NCBI GenBank assembly: GCA_964019335.1
Contig: OZ025665.1
Span: forward strand, 186,001 to 250,000
DNA from: Diplonema japonicum
Taxonomy: Eukaryota > Protista > Euglenozoa: Diplonemea
Reading direction: 5' to 3'
Length of the DNA: 64,000 nt
Shown here piece by piece: positions 1 to 10,795 of the stretch. Position numbers and translations under genes: made by a program. The notes below the pieces were generated by a model that was given only the letters and a program-made list of their open reading frames with translations, had not been told where the DNA came from and made no database searches. Positions within the stretch are counted from its first letter, which is position 1. Each line of letters begins with the position of its first letter.

Positions 1-3000
1 TCAGAGTGGATGGTATCACTGCATGGCACCCCCACTACCTCCCCTGATTGGGTCTTGACGCCGAGCCGGCCTCGGTGCTTTCCAACAATCTTCCCCGAGA
101 CCTCTTCCTTACCTTCCCCTACTAGCGCTACAACCTCGTCACCTTCATGGAACCTCCTTGCACGGTTTACAGGGTCTTCTTTCTTCTTTTTACAAAACTC
201 TGCAAAATGCCGCACTGGTGTTTCATCCAGTTCGAGGTACGTCTTTTTTTTTTTTTTTTTTTTTTTTTTGTGAAATACCTCCTCCACCACCGGGTCCCTC
301 ACCACCTCCAACAACATGTCAGCGATGTGTCCCATTGCGAACATCAGCTCCAGCTCGCTCGGCGGCGGCTGCAGCGCATCAATGTCGCGCCCTACTTCCA
401 TGCAATCACCTTCTCGATATTGTCCTTCCTCCTTTTAAAAAGAAAAAAAAAGAGGTTCTTTGAATGGGGAAAAAAAAGCAATATGTATATACCAGCTCTT
501 TCAGCCCCTTGTAATTCTTCGGTGGCGCGCCCAACAGGGGATCGATGTGCTGTGATTATGTTCATTTATTTAATTCGAGCCGGTTTTTCAAGGGTAGGAG
601 TGAAAATAAGATTTCACTTTATATCACGCTCAACATTATATTCACTCTCAGTTTATAGGGAAGTAAGGCCCAGTGACATAATGTTACATTATGTCACTCC
701 TGCACGCCAAACTCCCTAGAAACACAGAAAACGATGGGAAAGGCGATGGGGAAGATAGGAAAAAGTGTGCCGACTGCACAGCACCTCGTAGATCAAGGTG
801 ATAGTTCCCAGACGCTCAAGAGGACGTTCAATAGGGCATCAGAGAAGATGATAAAGGAGTACATGAAACAGAGTATGGATACGTCTCAAAGATGCTAGTC
901 AGTCCGCTCAACCCATCCAGCATCAAGATTCTGCAAGTGGGGCCACGCAATCTACTAGCCATGCAACCTCAGGTGGTTCCAGGGGTAGCGATGCGGGATA
1001 AGCCTCGACATCAACATAACCATTAAAGGACGAAGCGCTAGATATCTAGCGATCAAAAAAATTAAGTACCATACACCCTTACCCTTGCACAGAATGACCT
1101 AATTTCGCGTTTTCTTTTCCATCGAAAATCATTTTTGGCCCCTAGATTAACCTCCAAAAACACCCTCGAAACCAGTTTTTGGTAGCACGAAAGCTCAGAT
1201 GAGCAGTACTGATTCAGACGAGTTCGGGAGTGCCCAAGGGACGTTCTCACTGACGATGGGGCCAGTAGTGAGAAGAGTGAAAATACCCTGGGGGAGCGAT
1301 ATTACGCAGGTTAGGCGTAAGAAGTGGCAGGGCACGGGGGGGGGGGGGCAAAAATCACTCCTTTCCCACATGACTGCATCAACGATTCAACAATGATACT
1401 ACAAATATCAGTCAACTTTTTTTCCACCATCCACCACGGTAACCTGTATCATTTCTATGTCTGATTAGGGTTTGGGAAAGAACTTTGAGGAGTGATTGAT
1501 ACTGAACCCCACCAGTTGAGAAATGGGGGTTCCTGCAGGTTGCAGCATTATGCCCAACCTTTCTGCAGTTGCTGCACATATTCTTCCCCTCCCCCTCACT
1601 CCGCTTCCTCTTCGCCGGCCTGCCTATTTGTGACTTTGTCACGATTGGCTGAGGTCACGTTTTCACAGGCAGAAGGGGGGCGGGGGGGTGGAGATGTACA
1701 TCAGACGCCATGCAGAGACCTTGAGGTACTCCGCGACTAGGTCTGACTGATGTGTCTTTTGAAACCTTGCGGGCCACAGCGCAGATGTGGACACAAGGTA
1801 TACCCAAATACTGAAAATGCAAAAAAAATCCAAAATTTCGAAAAACTAAAAATGGGAAGGTTCCTAACAATAGGAAGGCTTCATGGGAGAGTGGAAAAAA
1901 AGTTCTGGGTAACCGTGGATGGTGGAAAAATAGTTATAGGTTACCGTACTTAGTGGGAAAAAGTACCAACATACATGGTTTAGTGGAAATAAGATTAGGT
2001 TACCGTGGACAGTGGAAACCTTATTAAAAAAAACCATTTTGGTGGAAAAAAAGTTATGATTACCGTACTTGGTGGAAAAAAAGTTCCAAGTTACCGTGAA
2101 TAGAAGTAAAAATTCTGCTTACAGTAGTTGGTGGAAAAAAGTTATTTGCAAATTTTAGAGAGAGAAACTAAAAAAGTCGATGGTGACCCTTTTTTCGCCC
2201 AAAAACCCCCGTCCTCTAATGGTTAATGTTAAAACTAACGAGAACTAGTAACTTGAAATAATACAATCTTATTTTTCATTTAATAAATAGTTATTCTTTT
2301 TCTTTTCCACAAACCTGCTGATACACGGCCAGCGTTGGCAGGTACTGCCGTTCCCACAACTCAGGTTCGGAAGTTTTAAAAGCTTCCAGCCCCATGACCC
2401 GTGCCTGCAGCCTGACGTCAATGATGGCCTCGGGTGCGTCGACCCAATGCAGCTCGGGGGCATTCTCGTCCATGTTCTCAGGATCGGCAGCATCGAGGAG
2501 ACGTTCAATAGTCTGCTTCAGCTGTGTGGTTGTCTGATACTTCGGTGGGGGCTGCGTGATGGGCAGCCTGTTACGCTTTCCTTTAAAACCCGACAAAGAG
2601 TTGCTCGTCATCACGGTGGGCCTGCTGGGGGACTGCGTGCTCTGCATGTCGTCTTCTGTAGGTTCCAACGCAAGGGAAGCCTGCTCCTCATGAGCAGCTC
2701 TGTGCTGCATGCGCCGTGCTTGCAAGTCGCTGTTCACGATTTTACACTGCAGGCTTTGCTCGATAATGTGCGACACAGACCCTGTGTAGACCGTCAACTT
2801 GCAGATGGCCAGCCCGTTAGGGGGGATCACTCCTTCCTTTGGCGACACCTCGATAATCTGCTCCCCATGCTGCATGTAGGTGTCCCATGCGAAGGAGAAG
2901 TTATCTGTGTTGTGGGTGCTCCGTAGTATCAGCAGCTGTCTGTGAAGGGAGTGTGCCGATACACGCCCGAAGCTCAACACGTCCTGCGAAAGAACAACAG

Positions 3001-6000
3001 GGAAGGCAGGGATCTTTTCCAGCGTCGGGAACTGGTTGACCTTTGTGAACTCAACCGCTTTCATGGCGTCCATCTCTTCGGAGGTAACCTTCTTAGGATG
3101 GAACCCTTCCCCGATAAACTCCACAGTGCACGCCGCACCGTCTTGCACCATGATCGGCACTGTCATGGAGTACACCTTAGCCTCCAAGGGACGGAAGTAC
3201 CATTGAAGCATCGCTGAGGAGTTCGGAGGGATCTCGCCGTATGAGTTCAGGCATTGGAAGATAGGGAAGTCGTACGCGTTCTGACACATTTGGCTGAACG
3301 GCTCTGCAGACAGCTCGTAGCAGACAGGGACGTGGGAGGTGTTCCGCAGCTCATAGTACTGCATCGGCGGGTTAGCATCCCCTATTGCCACGGGCGCGAA
3401 GCGGTGCGTTGCAAGCAGAATGTCCAAATGGTGCTCCTCTTCCGATAGCGTCGTCCCGAAGAAATTCAAGATGACCCGCTTCCCTTTGGCGATCTTGAGG
3501 AGCACCGGCAGCTTGTGGGTACCCGTCATCTTTCGCTTGTAGCTGAACATCAACGTCACGCTGTTGTGCGGGGCAACAAAGCCCACCTTCGGCTCGACAC
3601 AGAACAGGTTGTTGTCAAGCACCTCTTCCCTCGCAAGGTCTTCATCGGTAGGGACCTCTTCATGGTACCACTTCTCGATCGGGAACTCAGAGTCGTTTGG
3701 GAAGACGAACTGGAACTGCACCGGGATTTCAGAGATATTCTCGAACGTGAGGTACAGTTTTGTAGTAGGGGAGTTGTGCACCGCAGAACCGAACGAAACA
3801 GGAAGGCTCGGGTACGTCCTGCACATCGTGGAGAACTCGAACTGTCTTGTGTCCAAGTCAGTTGCAGTGACATCGCTCTTCAGCACCTCGTTGACCTGGT
3901 CCACAGAGATCTGCTGCCAAAGATGCGATTTGCTGACAGCTGTGCACTTCACATCGGTGATCTCCACAGTAGGGTAGCCCCCGGTCCCTGTGACACAACA
4001 AGTCGGGTACGACGACAGGTCTGCCGGTGGTTCGGTTGCAGGCCCCCATGCCTCCGCTTCCTTGATCGTCTTGCAGTAGATCGTGAAGCTATACTTGCCT
4101 TTCCGCTTTGGAGAGAACGTTAGCTGCACCGTCTTGTGAGCTCTGACAGGAACATACCCCGTGTTTGGTTCAATGCTGATCTCATCCGATGCTATTGGGT
4201 CGTCGCCTGTTAGCTTCCACCCCAAGGTGTACCAGACTTCGGAAGGAGATGAGTTGAATAACGACAGGTCACGTTTCACTGCATCCCCTGCACGTACTGT
4301 CTCAATGGTGACCTCGAGGGGCTCCAAGGTTAGCTCACCCGTCGTCCCCTCTCCGACCATGGTCAGGCTTTGGGTGACTCCAGTGTCATGCTTGTCGTTC
4401 TGCGACATACAAACCACTGGTATTTGCACCACGTATTTTCTGTTTTTGTCTGGCAAGAAGCGCATTTTGATGTTCCGCCGCTCGTTCCCCTTCAGCACCC
4501 CGTCCATCGGTTCGATTTGGAAAACGCTCGCGTGCTTCTTCGGGATCTCCCAATGGAAGGCCACGGGTATCCTGCTTGGGTTCTCGATTGCGTACTGCCG
4601 CACAGTAGCCGACCCAATCAACGTGTTCTTGAAGTAAACGGTGGCGTCATTCCGCAGCACCAAAGAGGGCGTGTACCCTGTGCCGGTCATCGACAACTGC
4701 AGTGACCTGTACTGCGATTCGTCCAACAGGATCTCGCCTTTACAGGTGTACAGGGATGGCTTTTCAGCTCTGAATTTCAAGAGCAGCACCTGTGTCATCC
4801 CGCCACACACCATGCCCTTTTCGGGGAAGACCTCAAAAATCGCCTCCTTTCGAAGCTCGTTCCCTGTCAGCCCCAGCTCGCTTACTGAGTTTTGATGCTG
4901 GAGTGGATACGGCTGGCCTTCTTGCGCGAGTTGTTGCTCTCGAGCCTCGACGTCGGCCTTACATTTTGGTGTGCTGAGCTGCACGGAGAAGGTGAACGGG
5001 GTGTCGCCTTTGTTCGATAGAGCGATCGTTTGGAAGACGGTGTCGGAAGCGTGCACGGGGGGGAACTCAATGGCAGTTTGCGACAATGCAGCCCGCACGG
5101 GGCACAACCGGTCGGTGCCAGACGAACCGCACTGAAGCAGCAGACAGCTTGGCGGGACTACAAGATCGTTGGACACAAGACGGAAACTCCTCATTGTTTT
5201 GAACAACACGTAGCACTCAAGAATAAACTGCTTATTGGAAGGGTGCTCGTGAGAAGGAGGCTTTGCCCTGACTGTGAACGGAGTACCACCAAAAGGAGGG
5301 ATGTCGGCGGATATCGGGTCGACAGTGAACGGCGCATCCTGCGAAACACACCAGAACGCCGTAGCCTTGGACGCGGTGTTGTTCAAGACGGACACTGACC
5401 GCGACTCTCCTGATCGTGTGCGGACGGATCCGAAGTCAAGCTGCGCCTCGTCAAGGCAGAAAGGGACGTCATCTGCATCGGAGGATCGTTTCAAAATATC
5501 CAGGAATGCCGCTTTGTTCGTGAACGCAGGGGGTTCCATGGCAAGGCCCAAGGCTTCTTTTGCCGCGCTGACATCTTCCGATGCATTCAAACCGCTTTTA
5601 TCCTGCATCAAATCCTCAATCTCTTCAGGCGATATCCGCCCGAGACCGACCTTACCCCTGGCCCGCATCTGCTGGACATGTTTGAAGGCGAACTGAGGCG
5701 GGCGTGACTTTTCGGTGAACGCCCCGCCCATTAAGTCGATCCACAAAGGGCTGGCCGAGCCCATTGCAAGGATGTAGACCCTTCGGTAATAGTTTGCGGG
5801 TTCTTCCGGGGCGAAGTAGAGGGTGACGTTCACTGTCTTCTTTCCTCCAATGACGCCCTGCATTGGGGTTGCTCGAAAGGCACCGGACGGCCCGGACTCC
5901 ATCTGCATGAACTGGTAGACACACTCACGCGTCGAAGCGTTAGTGAGCTTGACAACCTTCTCTTTGGGCTTCACATATGTGTCGATGTTGATCTCACCAA

Positions 6001-7066
6001 AGTGTACTTGTTTCGTGGAGACCTGAAGTTCCGGGCCCACACCGATACCCTGTACGGAGATTGTGATGTCTGGTGCGCCGATTACCTTTACAACGTAGTC
6101 GTTGAGGCTGTGTAGGCCGCAGGACAGAGGGCTGTAGGAAACCTTGATGGTTTTTGAAGAGTCCGGTGGGACAATGTCAGATGAAGGATGGAATGCGAAG
6201 GGGTCGACGGTGGTGGTGGTGTTGTCCTTGCGGTGGATCTTGAACGCGGCGGGGACCTGGCTTTGGTTTTTCAACGTTATCTTCCTATCGTCCTTCAAAC
6301 CTACAAACACTTCGCCGAAGTCAACAGGCCCGCCCACCGCACGCACGAAAGGGTATTTCCCAACCCCAGATACTTCAACGATCGACGTTGCATCGTTGCC
6401 CTCCCCGTACCGACACACCACGGCTGCAACAAAAACACTGGCCTGTTCGGGGTGGAATGACATGGTCATGACGGCGGACTGGTCAGGTGCTAGCGATCCA
6501 CGTTCAGGGGTTATTTCAAATGGTAGTGGTCGCCCAGCATGTCCAATAGGAACCTCCCATGTGAAGTTCAAAGGTAACGTTCCGATATTTTTTAAAGGGA
6601 ATTTGAACGGGGTGTTGACCTTCACAGGGCAAAGCCCGAAATCGTGCGACTGTGCATGCGAGATAGCCATGTACGGGACCAAAGCCTCGAACCGTATGTG
6701 AAACGATCCCGTAGAGGTGACAATTTCCAGCGCATCGTGGAACGGGACAAGCTTTGTAGGCCGGAATCGAACCTTTATCTTGCAGTCCATGCCACTGCTC
6801 AGCGTGATGGGCTCCGGGAAGTCGAGGAAGAACGTTGCTTTTTGCTTGGGCAGCCTGTACTCTAAAACCTGTAATTTTGGAAGGCAGTTTGTCAGCCCTA
6901 CCACCACTACATATTCGCCGCCAGGTTTCCACACCTTCCATGTCACCTTGTCAGGGCAATCTACGCCGAAGCGTGTTCTTCTTTCGCTCCGTTCGTATAG
7001 TTTCAAATCATTTTCAGGCAGTGGGCCCGGCGGTTTGGTTAACCTTCGTGTTCCAACTTCTGTCAT
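1..7066 (-). CDS. CFAP65: Cilia- and flagella-associated protein 65 (CFAP65/CCDC108)-like; exons 7066-2315, 431-279, 242-<1 (3' end outside window)
   Basis: 1584-aa first exon of tandem ASH/MSP-type Ig-like domains ('L.N.G..P..F.W', 'F...P..G.V.P'), with the N-terminal 'W.PGGEY...L.N......YRLP...F...FPEPI.LSSGM' typical of CFAP65. The ORF ends just after the donor CAG|GTTTGT. The frame resumes at 431 (EEGQY...DPVVEE) and at 242 (TYLELDETPVRHFAEF...) and stays open to position 1. Confidence 0.85.
243..278 (-). other. 36-nt phase-0 intron, GTATTTCAC(A)26G (CFAP65)
   Basis: GAG|GT...AG|ACG boundaries. Removal deletes an implausible VFHKKKKKKKKK segment. Confidence 0.7.
672..698. repeat. Perfect inverted repeat, 13-bp arms with 1-nt centre
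   Basis: AGTGACATAATGT-T-ACATTATGTCACT read directly from the sequence. Confidence 0.9.
1345..2200 (-). mobile_element. Mutator-like (MULE/MuDR) DNA transposon relic, probably a non-autonomous deletion derivative; boundaries approximate
   Basis: Frameshifted minus-strand fragments FQYLGIPCVHICAV (end of SWIM zinc finger), DLVAEYLKVSAWRLMY and GRPAKRKR...CSNCRKVGHNAATC (basic motif plus CCHC knuckle). This order matches the C-terminus of MULE transposases. Flanked by oppositely oriented ~30-nt repeats. Confidence 0.65.
1891..2145 (+). repeat. Degenerate ~30-nt tandem repeat, about 8-9 copies (GTGGAAAAAAAGTT....GTTACCGT...)
   Basis: GTGG(A/G)AAA recurs at 1891, 1922, 1953, 1983, 2012, 2042, 2072 and 2131. 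One reverse-complement copy lies at ~1412-1445. Confidence 0.85.
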
Positions 7067-8417
7067 GTTACCCCCTCCCCACTCGCACCTCCTTATTATT
7101 ATTTTTTATATTTTTTTTTTTGCAATTCCATGAAAACCCAGAAAAAAAAAGTGAATACGAAAGGGGAGGAGGGGAGGGCAAAAAAAAATTCACCATGATA
7201 GGAACGAAGTGGTTTGCCACGGCCCGCCATAAAAAAAGGCGATGTTTAAGGGCAAATCCCACTCGAGGACCACCCTTAAAAAAAAGATTGTTTTGGTACG
7301 TGGGGGGGGTAAACCTAGAGAAAGTTTATAGCCCGTAAAAAAAACACGTTGCCAACCCCCCCCCCCCCCACCACCACCTTTTTTGTGTCAAAAACTCGTT
7401 CTTGCAGGGGAGGAAAAACAAAGGGGGGGGTTTCTTTCGCTTATGTTTTCCTTGCGTCTGGTTTTTTTCCCCTTCCAAAGCCTGCGGGGGAGAAAAAATA
7501 ACTTTTTCGGGGGGGGGGAGAGAGAGAGAGAGAGATCAGGTAGGTTTAGGTACCTACTGCGGAAAAAAAAAGAAGAATGAATCCAATGATGAGGAGAATT
7601 GTTAGCAAACGATCCCACCAAAGAATGAAGGAGAGAGTAGGGGGGGGGGATAATTTTGGCTCTTCGTGAGAAGTAGATACCTCTCAGATTTGACTCTTCT
7701 TGCAAGGGGAGGAATCTCTTCCTATGCAACCTTGTTTCAGTGTGCCTTCATGCCAAAAAAAAAAAGTAAAATAAAAAAAAAAAAACTCTCGTTTCGCCAA
7801 ACAAATATCATACACATGAGAAAATAAGGGGAGAAACAAAAAGGGGGAGGCGTAGGAGAGGGGTCCTTATAAAGGTGTCCCTCACCCTGTTCTGCAAATA
7901 TACCCTCTTTTGTTTCTGCAACAGTTGAAACCGTGATTCTCTCTTTTTTCTTTTTTTTTTTTTCCCCCTACCTACTTGGCAGGGTCGGTGGCTCGGAGTG
8001 TCCCTCAGAGAGAGGGGAGGGTGAAAAAAACAGGAGGGAAAATAAGATTTCATAGAAAACAAAAAAAAAAAAAAAGGAGCTGGTGCCTACAACAACTTAG
8101 GTCTACACTGGACGTGCAATTCTTTTTTGAAAATAATGATAGGGGGAAGGAGGGGGGTTTTTTTTTAAATGATGCGCTCCTTTTTTTTCTTTCTTTCTTT
8201 TTCCCCTGGAAAAACAAACAAACAACAAACAAACTCAAAGTGCAGGACAAACCCCCCCGGGGGGGGGGGGGGGGGGGGCTAACAAGACAAAAGCTAAAGC
8301 TGAAAGAAAAAACTTGGGGAGGGGGTAGCTACGAACGACAATCTTTTATTCTTTTCATTCCATCTCTCGTACTGTTTGTTTTTCCGTTTTCTTTTTTTTT
8401 TTTTCCCTTCTGTTTTC

Positions 8418-8449
<32 letters not shown>

Positions 8450-9010
8450 ACGTCTGTCGCTTTTGTTTGCTTGTGTCCACTAGCGATATTGTTTCGGCAC
8501 GGGAGGTGTCAACCTCAGAAAAAAAGAAAAGAAATCTGTATAAAATCAAGAAACAACATCAGAGAATAATCTTTGGTACTGACAATATTACCATTGTCAA
8601 TACAAAAAAAAAATCTGATAAAATCTTGTAGAAAATGAAAACCGCAAGCAGCCTTAAAAATAAATAAAATCACTGTTGAAAATAGCTGTTCGTCTTTTTT
8701 CTTTTTTTCTTTTTTTTTTTGAGACTCGTCCCTTCCTCCCACCGGCGACTGTCTTTTCCTTTTTTTTCCCTTTTTTTTTCCCCGTTCTTATAAAAAGAGA
8801 AAGAAAAAAAAAAGGGTAGAACCATACTTTTCTACAGGTTTTGCTTCTGCAGTAGGAATAACTGGAAAAAAAAAAAAAAAAAAAAAAATTGTATCAAGAC
8901 AGTAATTCCACCTGAGCCACCTCTAAGGGAAAGAGGCAGAGGGCAAAATATCTCGGGGTAAGGGGGAATCTCTCTTCTCTCTCTCTCCCTGCCATTCCAT
9001 TCTCTTTTCT

Positions 9011-9046
<36 letters not shown>

Positions 9047-10795
9047 CTTTTCCAACAAGAAGGAAAGAGGCCCGGAGAATGGGGAAATAGGAAGGGGTAT
9101 ACGAACAGGGAGCAGAGAAGACGCGGGGGGGGGAAGGAAAGGCACCCTTAGGAGTCAGCTACTGTGAAAACAGTCGCACGCCACCTCTGCAGGAATAAAA
9201 AGGGGAGGGGGGAGGGGGGAACGGAAAATCTTCGATAAAAGAAACTCAAAAATGTTAGGGTAGGTGGAGACGCGCCTTTCCTGTCCATAATCTTGAAAAA
9301 AAATGAAGGCATGCGGGATATACGAATCACCTTCTTTTTTTTTTCTTTTTTTTTCTTTCTCCGTCCGAACACACTTAAGAAAATAAAAATGTTTTACAAA
9401 CTTTGACACCCCCCCCCGCCACAAAAAATTAAGAGAGAAAAAAACGAAAAATAACAGCGGAAAAGCGAGGAAAGAAAACCGAACAGAAGAATAAAGGAGG
9501 GTAGGGGGGACAAGGTTTGTTTTTTTTTTTTTCTTCTTTTATTTTCTTTTTCTCTCTTTTTTTCTCATTATTCGCAAACCTAACAAAACCTGACTTTCTT
9601 TTTTCAGGGATTGCTTCAGAAAAAAAAGAGGGAGTGAAAAGAGGAGTGAGAAAAAAAAAAAAGAGACATTTAAGGGTACCTGCGGTATGTGGCAGGACGC
9701 CTGGAAAAAAAAAAAAAAAAAAAAACATACATCAACCAACACATGTTTACTTTTTTTTTTCTTCTTTTCTTTTTCTTTTTTTACTTCTCAAGGGAATAGG
9801 ACGTTGTTGTGCCACATCTATGTCCCTTCTTTCTATTGTGCAAAAAAGAAAAAAAATGTTTTCTCTTTTTTATATAATTTCCGCCTTTTTTTTGGGGGGG
9901 GGCGATAACTTTTTCTTTTCCCCCTTCTTGATCTACTGGGCCATCAGTGAGGACTATACAAAAAATATATATACGACAAAGGAGGTCTTGAAGACACCCT
10001 CTCATTCACTACCTGCAAAAATAATTCTTTGACTACATGTCTTTATTTTCTAAAAATAAAAGATGTCTTTGAGGGAACCTGCAGTATGTGACAGGATCGC
10101 CTAACGACAATCAACTCATCTAGTGTTTGATCCCTTCTGCCGTGGTAGTGCCTCTATTCAGCAGCTTGGGCGTGAAACCAACTAGCGAGTTGTTGAGGAT
10201 GCAATGAGTTCGTAACTGTTCCTCTAGGATAGGGTGGGTGACCTTCGGGGATGCGAAGACCGGTCGAGTGGAGTACCCAGTGATGGGGATAAAATATTTG
10301 TAACAAAAAAGAGGGTTATATTCACTGCCCGACACAAAGTTTCTTATCACTTTCGTCAAAGTTGCGCCAGTTTTGTCAGTTTTTTGCAGTGCTATCCCTT
10401 TTCTACTGTTCTTTACTTTAAAACTGGGGAAGAAAAAGAAGAAGCGAAAACTCCCTCTTCTTTGGCAGAACATCCCTTGTTTCTCATCGGAAGGAACTGA
10501 TGAAAATCGAAGATCGTCACCAGAAATAAAAAGAAAATTCCAAAGAAAATATCCGGGGGGGGGGGGGGGGGGGAGAGGAGGAATGGCTTCCTTCTCTCTA
10601 TCTCTCTTCTTTTCTTCCCACAGTTCTAACAACTGTTATGCCGAAAGAAGAAGAAAAAAAAAAAGAAAAGGATAAATTTAGACCCTTAAAAGGTTAAAAT
10701 CTCTTCAAAAAAAAAGGGGGAGGGGGGGGTAAACCCCTCCCCCACACACTTCCACTTTTTTTTATCTTCTGAGAATTTTCTCTTCCCCCTCCCCC
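7067..10795. other. Low-complexity intergenic spacer rich in A, T, G and C homopolymer runs
   Basis: Many runs of 10-30 nt. The ORFs here translate as poly-K/F/G/P artefacts. Confidence 0.85.
10090..10425 (-). pseudogene. Possible decayed tyrosine-recombinase C-terminal fragment (DIRS/TATE/VIPER/Crypton type)
   Basis: Island of normal complexity reading IALQKTDKTG...NPLFCYKYF...PVF...EEQLR...GFTPKLLNRGTTTA, then with small indels GI.LDEL.SLGD. The spacing resembles the YR pattern KTD..G / P...Y / PLF / T.HSLRRG.AT / G.W, but the catalytic H and R are not intact. Confidence 0.35.

Larger units (their letters stand above)
432..2314 (-). other. ~1883-nt phase-0 intron of CFAP65 containing transposon relics
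   Basis: Donor CAG|GTTTGT at 2314. T-rich tract then AAAG|GAG acceptor at 432. The exact acceptor could shift by a codon. Confidence 0.7.

Noticed and set aside
523-600. tRNA gene
   Set aside because: Only a 3'-end-like segment is present, and no D or anticodon arms can be folded.
1464-1475. Telomeric repeat (TTAGGG)
   Set aside because: Single unit, not an array.
1891-2145. CRISPR-like array
   Set aside because: Units are degenerate along their whole length with no repeat and unique-spacer structure, there are no cas genes, and the context is a eukaryotic intron.
2233-2245. Spliced-leader sequence (AACTAACG)
   Set aside because: Only 8 nt match the kinetoplastid SL 5' end, and the conserved TTTCTGTACT...TTG/GT part is absent.
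7068-10032. ORFs in the long spacer
   Set aside because: Poly-K/F/G/P translations of homopolymer runs.
10497-10530. Hammerhead ribozyme or C/D snoRNA (CTGATGA...GAAA)
   Set aside because: No convincing stems I-III around the core and no matching terminal D box or stem.
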